45,720 bases of DNA from Octopus bimaculoides (lineage: Eukaryota): contig NC_069009.1 in assembly GCF_001194135.2 (NCBI RefSeq), positions 68,412-114,131 of the forward strand, written 5' to 3'. Shown here one piece after another: positions 23,777 to 36,668 of the stretch; the first letter of the stretch is position 1, and every line of letters starts with the position of its first letter. The translations under genes were made by a program, and so were the position numbers. Under the pieces are notes generated by a model. The model saw only the letters and a program-made list of their open reading frames with translations. It was not told the origin of the DNA and did not search any database.

Positions 23777-24497
23777 CCCCAGTATTTCGGTGCTATTTTA
23801 TTTTACCCACCCCACAACAATGAAAGGTAAAGTTAGTGTTAGTCTATTATAATTCCATTGACATCTTGGATGTTTTATAGGAATATTAAATCTACCCCAG
23901 TATTTCACTGCTACTTTATTTTATCCACCCCACAACAATGAAAGGTAAAGTTAGTGTCAGTCTTCTATTATAATTCCATTGACATCTTGGATGTTTTATA
24001 GGAATATTAAATCTACTCCAGTATTTCACTGCTACTTTATTTTATCCACCCCACTACAATGAAAGGTAAAGTTAGTGTTAGTCTTCTATTATAATTCCAT
24101 TGACATCTAGGATNNNNNNNNNNNNNNNNNNNNNNNNNNNNNNNNNNNNNNNNNNNNNNNNNNNNNNNNNNNNNNNNNNNNNNNNNNNNNNNNNNNNNNN
24201 NNNNNNNNNNNNNNNNNNNNNNNNNNNNNNNNNNNNNNNNNNNNNNNNNNNNNNNNNNNNNNNNNNNNNNNNNNNNNNNNNNNNNNNNNNNNNNNNNNNN
24301 NNNNNNNNNNNNNNNNNNNNNNNNNNNNNNNNNNNNNNNNNNNNNNNNNNNNNNNNNNNNNNNNNNNNNNNNNNNNNNNNNNNNNNNNNCCAGTATTTCA
24401 CTGCTACTTTATTTTATCCACCCCACTACAATGAAAGGTAAAGTTAGTGTTAGTCTTCTATTATAATTCCATTGACATCTAGGATCTTTTATAAGGA
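23777..24497. repeat. ~120-bp tandem repeat, at least 4 visible units, spanning a gap
   Basis: Unit CAGTATTTCACTGCTACTTTATTTTATCCACCCCAC...GACATCTTGGATG recurs at about 23780, 23899, 24019 and 24391. Confidence 0.9.
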
Positions 24498-24499
24498 TA

Positions 24500-24706
24500 T
24501 TAACCCTTTAGCATTTAAACCAGCCATATTTGGCCCAAATATTCTGCCTGTTTTATGTTCAAACTGACCAGATCTGGCCTCTCTCTCCTACCCTACAATG
24601 TCATTCTAAAAAGACACAATCGCATCATTGAAATCTTGAAGCTATGAGGTAATGCATCATTAATTCACAAAACATTGACGGAATAATCTGCATGTTGAAG
24701 GGTTAG
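24500..24706. mobile_element. piggyBac-like MITE
   Basis: Begins TTAA|CCCTTTAGCATT and ends in a decayed ...GAAGGGTTAG. Inverted copy at about 27270-27443, an end fragment at about 23715-23770 and related TTAACC(C)TTTTGT ends at about 1783 and 1918. Confidence 0.55.
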
Positions 24707-26904
24707 GGAATAAATCCTTGTCAAAATTTCAAATTACCAACTACATTTATTTTCACGATTTTTTTAAAACTTGTTTTTGGAATATGTCATGGAAATATAC
24801 GAATTATTCAACATACATACATACATGCATTCATATATACATAGATTTATTTATGTGCGTGTGTGTGCATGATAGAAATAGATGCGTGTGTATGTGTATA
24901 TATACTCTGCTGGGTGGCTGGTGTTAGGAAGGGTATCCAGCTGCAAAAGCCCCGCCAAAACAGACACAGAAGTCTGGTGCAAGCTCCTGCCTGGCCAGCT
25001 CTTGTGAAACCGTCCCACCCATGCCTGCATGGAAGGTGGATATTAAATGCTGATGATGGTTTTATATATATATATATATATATATATCGTCATCGTTTAA
25101 CATCTGCTTTCCATGCAGGCATGGGTTGGGCGGTTTGATTGAGGACTGATGAGCCAGATGGCTGCACCAGGCTCCAATCTGATCTGGCAAAGTTTCTACA
25201 GCTGGATGCCCTTCCTAATGCCAACCACTCCGAGAATATATATATATATATACATACGACAGGCTTCTTTTCAGTTTCCATCTACCAAATCCATTGACAA
25301 GGCTTTGGTTGGCCTGAGGCTATAGTAGAAGACACTTGCCCAAGGTGCCACGCAGTGGGACTGAACCCGGAATCATGTGGTTGGTAAGCAAGCTACTTAC
25401 CACTGAAAAATGTTTTGTTTTTTCAAATACTTCACATTTTTCCTAAATTAAGCCCTTCCCTAGCTATCAGGAAAACGATGCCAATGTGAGAAAATACGGG
25501 GCATTAATGTGGTCACTTGAGATGCTAGAAATAGAAGCTTGAAAAATAATTTTTTTCCCCCCAAAAAATGTCGTTTTTTTTTGCAATTGAAATTTCAAAT
25601 CGTAAACAACTTTGAATGATGCAGTCTCTATAGTTGCACTTGAAGAAATATAATAAACACTTGATTTTTTAGTAACTTCTCGAAAAACGTTTCCAGTTGC
25701 TGACGTTTTATGCTCTGACTTCGTATTACAACGTAAAATTGTTTTGATTCAACAGTGATGGTCATATATCAACAGAAAGTAACAAGTGATATCTAAAATG
25801 GTTTGTCAATCTGCCTCATGGTCCATCATCATCATTTAATTTCCTACTTTCCTTGCTGGCATGGGTTGGATGGTTTGACAGGGGCTAGCTAGGCAGAAGA
25901 CTGCACCAGGCCTCAATGTCTGTTTTGGCAGGGTTTTTACAGCTGGATGCCCTTCCAAACACCAACCACCCTGCAGAGTGGACTGAGTGCTTTTGACATA
26001 GCACCAGCTCAGTCAAGGNNNNNNNNNNTGGATGCCCTTCCAAACACCAACCACCCTGCAGAGTGGACTGAGTGCTTTTGACATAGCACCAGCTCAGTCA
26101 AGGTTGGTTTTGGCAGGGTTTTTACAGCTAGATGCCCTTCCAAACACCAACCACTTCACAGTGTGGTCTGGATGCTTTTTGTGTGGCACTAGCACTGACA
26201 GGGTCACCGAATAACTTGCCAGACAAAGATCCTTTGAGAGGAGATGTTGCATTGGAGGAGGTGATCTTGTACCAGATGATGAAAGGTATGACAGAGACAC
26301 GTCTCTCTGCTTCCACATCTTTTGAACTTATGCTCCAGCGTTGGGATTTGTCTGAGATGAGTGAGTGTGTGTGTATGTATACAAACCAAATACAAATATA
26401 GAAACTCTGCCAGATCAGATTGGAGCCTGGTGCAGCCACCTGGTTTCACCAGTCCTCAGTCAAATCGTCCAACCCATGTTAGCATGGAAAGCGGACGTTA
26501 AACGATGATGATGATGATGATGAACAATGGTATTCATTCCCAATTTTCTGCNNNNNNNNNNCGTTAGGAAGGGCATCCAGCTGTAGAAACTCTGCCAAAT
26601 CAGATTGGAGCCTGGTGTTGCCATCTGGTTTCATCAGTCCTCAGTCAAATCGTCCAACCGATGCTAGCATGGAAAGCGGACGTTAAACGATGATGATGAT
26701 GATGATGAACAATGGTATTCATTCCCAATTTTCTGCAAAAACACGAATGACCATGAGGGTGGAAATATTACCTTGCTTGGAAACAGATGAGGGTTGGCAA
26801 CAGGAAGAGCATCCAGCTATTGTAAACCTACCTCAATAAACTATCTGACCCATGCAAGCATGGAAAAGTGGATGTTAAAACAATGACGATGTGTCTCTGA
26901 CTGA

Positions 26905-27125
26905 TTTTACTATGAGAACTGGGCCATCGTCATTACAAAAGTTCTCACGGACAAACTGGTGTTAAACTCGTCCATCGTGGCCTGGAGATGCACAGTAAGC
27001 AGAACAGGGTTGAGAGCCAATCCTTGATGCACACCTGTGAGCTCGCTGGATTCCGCTCTGAACTCACCGCGGACTTTCACATTGCTGACGTCATGTCCAT
27101 CCATACCCTCCATGGCTCTGATAAC
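26905..27125 (-). mobile_element. Degenerate RTE-type reverse transcriptase fragment
   Basis: SNVKV...TGVHQGLALNPVLL...DEFNT matches GVHQGS.LSP.LF; the downstream DNA reads as a decayed CPWELLYADDLVLI. Confidence 0.65.
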
Positions 27126-27445
27126 CTATAAGTCTTTTTTTATTTCTGTGACTTTTAGACCATAGAAAATAGCAGATTCACAACATGTCAAGCACCTTGA
27201 GGTTTTGTGGTTTACTACCAAGAACACCTGCAACGTGTAACCCGCTCACAATTGTATCCTGTTCTAGTGTAAACTTATGCTGCTTCTTATCAAAGTTAAT
27301 TGTATATCTCATAGCTTCAAAATTTTAATTATGTGATTGTTCATTTTTAAAATGACATTGTGGGGTAGGTGCGAGATGCTAGAGTTGGCTTTTTTGAACA
27401 TAAAACAAGTAGAATATTCAGGTCGGATATGGCTGATTTAAATAC

Positions 27446-27835
27446 TGTTGTTGTTGTTGACACTCTGTCGCTTACGACGTCGAGGGTTCCAGTTGATCTG
27501 ATCAACGGAACAGCCTGCTCGTGAAATTAACGTGCAAGTGGCTGAGCACTCCACAGACACGGGTACTCTTAATGTAGTTCTCGGGGGATATTCAGCGTGA
27601 CACAGAGTGTGACAAGGCTGACCCTTTGAATAACAGGCACAACATAAACAGGGAGTAAGAGTGAGAGAAAGTTGTGGTGGAAGAGTACAGCAGGGTTCGC
27701 CACCATCCCCTGCCGGAGCCTCGTGGAGTTTTAGGTGTTTTCGCTCAATAAACACTCACAACGCCCAATCTGGGAATCGAAACCGCAGTCCTACGACCGC
27801 GAGTCCGCTGCCCTAACTACTGGGCCGTTGCGCCT
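27446..27835 (-). mobile_element. SINE family A, full length with (CAA)n tail
   Basis: Reverse complement of the 624-954 copy plus tail. Inserted into a piggyBac-like MITE copy. Confidence 0.88.
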
Positions 27836-28719
27836 ACGCTATATACCTGAGCACTATATACTGTAATTTCATTATTATTATAAAACGTCCTAGATGTCAA
27901 TGGAATTATAATAGAAGACTAACACTAACTTTACCTTTCATTATTGTGGGGTTGATAAAATAAAGTAGCAGTGAAATACTGGGGTAGATTTAATATTCCT
28001 ATAAAACATCCAAGATATCAATGGACCGCTGGATGAATTTGGATGAAACTTTCAGGGATGTTTGGCCTCGTGGCTGGCATGAACGATTAGATTTTGGGAT
28101 CAATCCGGTACTAACAAAGATTCTGGATTATTTTTCTGATTTTTTTTGTTTTTTTACTTAATTTTTGAGTGTGGTCGAGTTCTTTTTTAGTATTCCCGTC
28201 CAACCTATGCCAGCATGGAAAAACGGACGTTAAACGATGATGATGATGTTTATGCATATAGATAAAAATAGGTACTGGCATGGCTGTGTGGTAGGATGCT
28301 TGCTCCCCGACCACATGGTTCTGGATTCAGTGGCACGTTGCGTTAGTGTCTTCTGCTATGGTCCTTGGCCAACCAGAGATTGACAGCTGATGTCGGTTCA
28401 TTTATGTCCCTGTAATCTAGTGGTTTGGCAAGAAGAGACCAGTAGAATAAATACCAGGCCTTACGAAGAAAAAAAGTTACTGGGGTTGATTTGACTAAAC
28501 ATTTCACATATATATATGTGTGTGTGTGTATTTACGCCGCTGTGACTTAGTGGTTCGGCAAAAGAGGCTGATAGAATAAGTTCTTGGCTTACAAAGTAAA
28601 AGTCCTGGGTGGGGAGGGTCGATTTGTTCGACTAAAGGCAGTGCTCCAGCATGGCCGCATTCAAACAACTGAAACAAGTAAAAGAATAAAAGAATATAAT
28701 CACACACATATATATACAC

Positions 28720-28784
<65 letters not shown>

Positions 28785-28942
28785 CACATATATACACACA
28801 CACACATATGCACACTTATATACACACACCACACACTCACCTGTATGTACATAATATGCATGTAACTGTTCTTTTGTTTTGTTTGAAATCTATCTATAGA
28901 TGTGTTTGTGTATATCAGCATACACATACCTATATGTTTTTG

Positions 28943-28996
<54 letters not shown>

Positions 28997-29724
28997 AAAT
29001 CTACTTGCATGGCGTGTAGAGTATGCGTCAATAAAGGGTGCTTTATTGTTGAAATGCAGTTTAGTTGTGATTTGTTTATTTTTAACAACAACCCCCCCCC
29101 NNNNNNNNNNNNNNNNNNNNNNNNNNNNNNNNNNNNNNNNNNNNNNNNNNNNNNNNNNNNNNNNNNNNNNNNNNNNNNNNNNNNNNNNNNNNNNNNNNNN
29201 NNNNNNNNNNNNNNNNNNNNNNNNNNNNNNNNNNNNNNNNNNNNNNNNNNNNNNNNNNNNNNNNNNNNNNNNNNNNNNNNNNNNNNNNNNNNNNNNNNNN
29301 NNNNNNNNNNNNNNNNNNNNNNNNNNNNNNNNNNNNNNNNNNNNNNNNNNNNNNNNNNNNNNNNNNNNNNNNNNNNNNNNNNNNNNNNNNNNNNNNNNNN
29401 NNNNNNNNNNNNNNNNNNNNNNNNNNNNNNNNNNNNNNNNNNNNNNNNNNNNNNNNNNNNNNNNNNNNNNNNNNNNNNNNNNNNNNNNNNNNNNNNNNNN
29501 NNNNNNNNNNNNNNNNNNNNNNNNNNNNNNNNNNNNNNNNNNNNNNNNNNNNNNNNNNNNNNNNNNNNNNNNNNNNNNNNNNNNNNNNNNNNNNNNNNNN
29601 NNNNNNNNNNNNNNNNNNNNNNNNNNNNNNNNNNNNNNNNNNNNNNNNNNNNNNNNNNNNNNNNNNNNNNNNNNNNNNNNNNNNNNNNNNNNNNNNNNNN
29701 NNNNNNNNNNNNNNNNNNNNNNNN

Positions 29725-30117
29725 TTTACTTGTTTCAGTCTTTTGACTGCGGCCATGCTGGAGCACCACCTTTAGTCGAGCAAATCGACCCCGGGACTTA
29801 TTCTTTGGAAGCCTAGTACTTATTCTATCGGTCTCTCTTTTGCCGAACCGCTAAGTTACGGGGGACATAAACACACCAGCATCGGTTGTCAAGCAATGCT
29901 AGGGGGACAAACACAAACACACAAACATACACACACACATATATATACATATATACGACGGTCTTCTTTCAGTTTCCGTCTACAAAATCCACTCAGAAGA
30001 CTTTGGTCGGCCCGAGGCTATAGTTGAAGACACTTGCCCAAGATGCCACGCAGTGGGACTGAACCCGGAACCATGTGGTTGGTAAGCAAGCTACTTACCA
30101 CACAGCTACCCCTGCGC
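29725..30117 (-). mobile_element. SINE family B, near full length
   Basis: Same consensus as 8923-9306. Confidence 0.85.
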
Positions 30118-30133
30118 CTATATATATATATAC

Positions 30134-30180
<47 letters not shown>

Positions 30181-30194
30181 TATATATATATAAA

Positions 30195-30375
30195 GATTGG
30201 GGCTAGTAGTCATAGACATTCTCTGACAACCACTTCTGACTCTTTCTTGGAGGTACTGTGAAAAGCCAAATCCTGCTGCCACACATATTTTATAATTAAT
30301 ATCTAGACTGTTAATATATGAATGTGAAAAAGATAGTTGATTAACTGTAAACCTACATTTGGGCCACCCTGTATA
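30195..30375 (+). mobile_element. Tc1/mariner-like 3' end
   Basis: Ends ...TTTGGGCCACCCTG|TA (CAGGGTGG-type TIR followed by TA). The upstream DNA resembles a decayed PDL.P.DFFLWG..K region. Confidence 0.45.
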
Positions 30376-31256
30376 TATATATATGTATGTATGTACATAT
30401 AGTCCAGTGTGGGCTGCATTTGGTAGCATTGTGGTGATAGCAATGTAATCTGTATTGGGATGAATCAACTTGATATTTAAATATAGAATTGAGGTAGATC
30501 TATATATGTATTACTGGGTGTGATGAGGGTGGAATAGATGTAGCATTTGGGGTGAGGTGCGTGAAGTCCTCGATCAAAGAATTCGAGTAGATGGGTAGAT
30601 AGTTAAATAGACAGACGATGGAGAGAGAGAGAGAGAGAGGGGGGGGGGGAAGGTGAGGTACAGACAGGGAAACAGAGGTGTGTGTGTGTGTTTGTAGGTT
30701 GGGTGATGGTGAAAGACAGGTAGGTAGAGTGAAAAGTATGCATTAAGGATGGGTGAGCTGTGTGTTTGGGGTACCATTGCTGTGAGGTGAGCTCCTTGAT
30801 AATAGTTTTGTGTGTGTGTATGTCTCTTTATCTTTTACTTGCTTCTGCTATTGAGCTGCTGTGGCCATGATGGAGCACCCCTTAAAGAATTTAATTGAAC
30901 AAATTGAAAACAATATTTTTTTAACCCCGTAGCATTCAGATTTCTTCTTCCTCCTTTTTTCATCTTGTTGTTGTTGTTGTTGTTCTTTTTCTTCTTCTTC
31001 TTCTTCTTCCATCCATCCATCCATCCATAAACTAGTCTGTAGATGCCAGACCAGCAAGGGGAAGCGACTGACCTCCCCTGTTCGAAGGTTATAAAGGACA
31101 CAGGTTCGTGTGTCACATAGCCCTACCCCTGAAATGTAAGTAATAATGTGAATTGTTGGTGTTAGTTTAGCTGTTTGAAGGATGAGTAACAGACAAATCC
31201 ATCCCAATGGTTTGGGTGTCTTCAAAGAATCTGATGTTCATACTTTTGTTATGATA

Positions 31257-31670
31257 GGCATAGGAGTGGCTATGTGGTAAGTAGCTTGCTTCCCAACCAC
31301 ATGGTTCCAGGTTCAGTCCCACTGCGTGGCATCTTGGGCAAGTGTCTTCTACTATAGCCTCGGGTCGACCAAAGCCTTGTGAGTGGATTTGGTAGACGGA
31401 AACTGAAAGAAGCCCATCGTATATATGCATATATATATATATGTATGTGTGTTTGTGTGTCTGTGTTTGTCCCCCCAACATCGCTTGACAACCGATGCTG
31501 GTGTGTTTATGTCCCCGTCACTTAGCGGTTCGGCAAAAAGAGACCGATAGAATAAGTACTAGGCTTGCAAAGAATAAGTCCTGGGGGTCGATTTGCTTGA
31601 CTAAAAAGCGGTGCTCCAGCATGGCCGCAGCCAAATGACTGAAACAAGTAAAAGAGTAAACAGAGAGTAA
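31257..31670 (+). mobile_element. SINE family B, full length
   Basis: Head, CORE-like segment, microsatellite and tail all present. Confidence 0.87.
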
Positions 31671-32620
31671 AGAGTAATTGAGTAACACTGTATTAGGGAA
31701 ACACACCTTGATACCTGCAATAAAAAAGCACACTAAGGAGACCCTTAGCTGCAAGGGTTGTGGGGCAACATCATAGAAAGAATAAGATGATGCGAGGCAT
31801 CGAGTCGCCGCTGCATCGGGAGGTTGCGGCTTTTACACGTGCACCTACTGGCTATGGATTGTGCGCGATGGACTGATGTTAGCCGACATGCACAGATTAG
31901 AGGTCGACTGATTTGTTTTTGGTTTTGATTTTTTAAAATCTTCCCGTCTTAACCACCAGCTGTTGCGTTTTATTATTATTATTATTATTATCATCATCAT
32001 CATCATCATCATCATCCTAGTAGTAGCCGTTTAGTATTAATACAGCTCCTCGCACTCAACTATCGCAGTTGTTGTCGTCGTTGGGTTTTCTAGATTTTTT
32101 TTTTTTTTTTTTTTTNNNNNNNNNNNNNNNNNNNNNNNNNNNNNNNNNNNNNNNNNNNNNNNNNNNNNNNNNNNNNNNNNNNNNNNNNNNNNNNNNNNNN
32201 NNNNNNNNNNNNNNNNNNNNNNNNNNNNNNNNNNNNNNNNNNNNNNNNNNNNNNNNNNNNNNNNNNNNNNNNNNNNNNNNNNNNNNNNNNNNNNNNNNNN
32301 NNNNNNNNNNNNNNNNNNNNNNNNNNNNNNNNNNNNNNNNNNNNNNNNNNNNNNNNNNNNNNNNNNNNNNNNNNNNNNNNNNNNNNNNNNNNNNNNNNNN
32401 NNNNNNNNNNNNNNNNNNNNNNNNNNNNNNNNNNNNNNNNNNNNNNNNNNNNNNNNNNNNNNNNNNNNNNNNNNNNNNNNNNNNNNNNNNNNNNNNNNNN
32501 NNNNNNNNNNNNNNNNNNNNNNNNNNNNNNNNNNNNNNNNNNNNNNNNNNNNNNNNNNNNNNNNNNNNNNNNNNNNNNNNNNNNNNNNNNNNNNNNNNNN
32601 NNNNNNNNNNNNNNNNNNNN

Positions 32621-32930
32621 GTGAGTGTTTATTGAGCGAAAACACCTAAAAAGCTCCACGAGGCTCCGGCAGGGGATGGTGGCGAACCCTGCTGTACTCT
32701 TCCACCACAACTTTCTCTCACTCTTACTTCCTGTTTCTGTTGTGCCTGTAATTCAAAGGGGTCAGCCTTGTCACACTCTGTGTCACGCTGAATATCCCCG
32801 AGAACTACGTTAAGGGTACACGTGTCTGTGGAGTGCTCAGCCACTTGCACGTTAATTTCACGAGCAGGCTGTTCCGTTGATCGGATCGACTGGAACCCTC
32901 GATGTCTTAAGCAACGGAGTGCCAACAACA
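32621..32930 (+). mobile_element. SINE family A, head lost in gap
   Basis: Near-identical body; ends gccaacaaca. Confidence 0.85.
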
Positions 32931-33995
32931 TGTTTCAGCAATGATTCCTGGTGGTGAGTTCTGTCCTTGAGGAAGACACTCTATTTCATGTTGCTCCAGT
33001 CCACTCATCTGGCAAATATGAGTCGTACCTGTAATTGAAAGGGGCCAGCCTTGTCACAATCTGTGTCCTGTTGAATATACCTATGATGAGCTTCTTTCAG
33101 TTTCCATCTACCAAATCCACTCACAAGGCTTTGGTTGGCGTGAAGCTATAGTAGAAGACACTTGCTCCAGGTCCCACACAATGGGACTGAACCCGAAACC
33201 ATGTGATTGGGAAGCAAGCTTCTTACCACACAGCCACATGTAGTTTTCTTTTTATGGCACCAGTCCCGATACTTTTTTTAAGCAGGCCTCTTTATGTACA
33301 CTTTAGCTTGTTTGTGTCTATAACATGGAGCCTTTTGGTGTGTGTGTGTGTGTGTGTGTGTGTGTACCTTGTGAATTAAGACAATGGTGGAAAATGTTTG
33401 TGTGAGAGGGAGAAACACGAGTCAGCTCATGACCCATTATTATTATTATTATTATTTAACAGGTGGTAACAAATGCGCTTGTTGGTGGGTGTGTGGATCG
33501 TGTGGTGGCGGTGGGTGTATATGTATGTGTGTAAATATATATAGTTTGATTTGTTGGTGTGTGTATGTATATATATATATATATGCATTATATATGTGTA
33601 TGTATATATATATGCATAGATATATGTGTATGTATATATGTATGTATAAATATGTGTGTGTGTGTATTTATAGTGTTTGTGTATATATATGTATGTAGTG
33701 TGTGTTTCTATGTAATGTATGTGTGTGAATATATTGATATATGTTTATATATATGTGCTTGTGTGTATATATGTAATGTATATGTGTGTGTGTATATATA
33801 TATATATATAAAATGTGTGTGTATATATATGTATATAAGATATATGATATATAAGGCTGATATACACACACGTGTAGTGTTGCCTTTTGCGACAGGTGAT
33901 GTCTGTCTGTAAGCTTAACTAGATAAACTGGGTGATTAGGTGTGTGTGTGTGTGTGTGTCTATTTAAACAGATGGCAGCACAGATCTGTTCATGT

Positions 33996-34032
<37 letters not shown>

Positions 34033-34157
34033 CATGCGTACAATGTATGTATATATAACACAGACACACATCATTGCTTCGTTAGACAGGTGATGTTTAT
34101 ACTCTTTTAGTTTGAGGGAACTAGGTGAGGTGTGTTGTGTTTAGACAGGCAATGCTG

Positions 34158-34223
<66 letters not shown>

Positions 34224-34643
34224 CTTTCTCTCTTTGTATAGAATGAGACAGGAAGTGCTGCGGTATGTTTATTTGTATAATTCGCAAGTTGTTACGTGTA
34301 CGCGCACGTGTGTACATGGCAATAATGGCCAAAGAGATGGACGACAATGAATGCAAGGGACAAACTGACGTGGGACAAACCTATTTAGTCAGCATCGTTT
34401 TTGTCATTTTGACGTTTTGGCATTTACTTGTTTCAGTAATTAGGGCTTCTTTCAGTTTCCGTCTACCAGATCCACTCACAAGACTTTTACCCTGTTGGTC
34501 AGTCTCCTGTGGCTTTTGTGGGTTTTTCTGAGTAGCCTTAAAGCGCCTCTCCCATTGGGAGTTTTATTTGTTTAATTTTATTTTATTTACTCCTTTTAAA
34601 AAAACCCTTTGTATTGTCCTGTTTTTATGTGGCCAATAAAAGA

Positions 34644-34675
<32 letters not shown>

Positions 34676-34904
34676 GGTGGTGAGCTGGCAGAATCATTAA
34701 CACGGGTGAAATGCTTAGCAGTAGTTTGTCTGTCTTCGTGTTCTGAGTTCAAATTCCACCTAGGTCGACTTTGTCTCTCATCCTTTCGGGAGTCAATTAA
34801 ATAAATACCAGTTACACACTGGGGGTCGATGTAATCGACTTAATCCCTTCCCCCAAATTTGAGGCCTTGTGCTTCCAGTAGAAAGGATCATTATTATTAT
34901 TATT

Positions 34905-35392
34905 TTATGTTTGACTTTTGTTTTGCATTTGTACAAGTTGGCTCCAAGTCTCACCCAGAGACCTCAAGAGACAACAAGTTAGAAGTTCATGTAGGTGTTA
35001 TGCCTAGGGTACCATATATTTGGATTTGTACATAGTGTTGTTCTAGAGAATGTTTAAGAAACCATAAGAAAATTATGTGTTTGCTTTAAAATTTGAGATC
35101 ACATAGACAGTATTTTACGGAGGATATGGGCAGTTCCCATGAGCACTATCTTTTGAACTTCAGCCATTTTGGGGTTTCCTGGTATCTGAGCTAGGTAGTA
35201 ATCAGCTCGTTTCGCTGTCATTCCCAGGGCACCTATGACAATAGGTATTGTTTTCGTCTTCAGATTCCACATTTTGCTAATTTCTATTTCAAGATCTTTG
35301 TATTTGCTCAGTTTTTGGTAGGTCTTGACAGATACGTTTATATCGATTGGGACAGTCATATCAATGAAGAGGCATGATTTTTTATTATTATT
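34905..35392 (-). mobile_element. 5'-truncated R4/Dong-like element (third subfamily), (TAA)n on both sides
   Basis: KSCLFIDMTVPIDINVSVKTYQKLSKYKDLEIEISKMWNLKTKTIPIVIGALG...QKIVLMGTAHILRKILSM* contains the ID..VP.D / K..KY.DL endonuclease motifs. ~190-nt 3'UTR. Confidence 0.85.
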
Positions 35393-35638
35393 ATTATTAT
35401 TATTGTTATTATTATTACTACTAAAGCAGTGAGCTGGCAGAATCATTAGCACACTGGCTGAAAAGTTTACCGGCATTTCGTCTGTTCTTTCATTCTGAGT
35501 TCAGATTCTGCCGAGGTCGACTTAGCCTGTCATCCTTTCAGGGTTGATAAAAAAAAAGTACCGGTTGTGTACTGGGGTCGATGTTATCACCTAGTCCTCT
35601 CCCACTGAAGTTCAGGCCTTGTGCCTATAGTAGGAAGG

Positions 35639-35686
<48 letters not shown>

Positions 35687-36279
35687 AATATTGCCTCTGT
35701 TTATGTTCTGGGTTCAATTTCCGCCAAGGTCGGCTTTGATTTTCATCCTTTTGGGATCGATAAATTAAGTACCAGTTGAGTACTGGGGTCGATGTAATCG
35801 TATTAATCCCTACTCCCAAACAATGTTATGGCCCTGTGCCTGAAGTAGAAAGGATTCACAGCTAGCCACCTACACTTTTCTCTGCAAAATAGGGATAGTT
35901 TATCCTGTTCAGGCTATATTATTAGCATTATTCTGCGATTGAGAATTTATAATCACTTCTTTAACTTTCTAAAAGACATCTCAACGCTTCTAAAAAAAGC
36001 AAACTTCGTTTGTCTATTTACGTTTGTCATAATTTGAATTATTATTATTATTATTATTTCGAATGTGGCAAGGGTTAGAATCGTTAACATGTCAGACAAA
36101 ATGCTTAGCAGTATTCCATTTGTATTTATGTTCTGAGTTCAAATTCTGCTGATGGCAACTTAGCCAGCCATCGTTAAAATAAGTGCCAGTTGATCATGTA
36201 ATTAAAGAGCTCGTCCCACTAAATTTCGGGCCTCGTACCAAAATTACAGAGAATTATTTTTATTTATATATTCTTTTAT

Positions 36280-36668
36280 TCTTTTACTTGTTTCAGTCAC
36301 TTGACTGCGACCATGCTGGAGCCCCACCTTAAGGGGTTTTAGTTGAAGAAACCGACCCCCCAGGACTTATTCTTTGTAAGCCTAGTACTTATTCTATCGC
36401 TCTTCTGCCGAACTAAGTTACAGGGGACATAAACTTACCAGCATCGGTTGTCAAGTGATGGTGGGGGGGAACAAACATAGACACAAAGATACACACACAC
36501 ACATATATATATGACAGGCTTCTTTTAGTTTCCATCTACCAAATCCACTCACAAGACTCTGGTCGGCCCGAGGCTATAGTAGAAGACACTTGTCCAAGGT
36601 GCCACGCAGTGGGACTGAACCCGGAACCATGTGGTTGAGAAGCAAGCTTCTTACCACACGGCCACGCC
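36280..36668 (-). mobile_element. SINE family B, full length
   Basis: Same consensus. Further partial copies at about 2600-2812, 14030-14104, 16105-16250, 25255-25405, 28270-28695, 33085-33240, 43395-43528 and 44530-45210. Confidence 0.85.

Noticed and set aside
25945-26102. ~75-bp direct duplication
   Set aside because: Identical sequence on both sides of a 10-N gap indicates a contig-overlap artefact. The same applies at 39985-40315 and probably 22285-22760.
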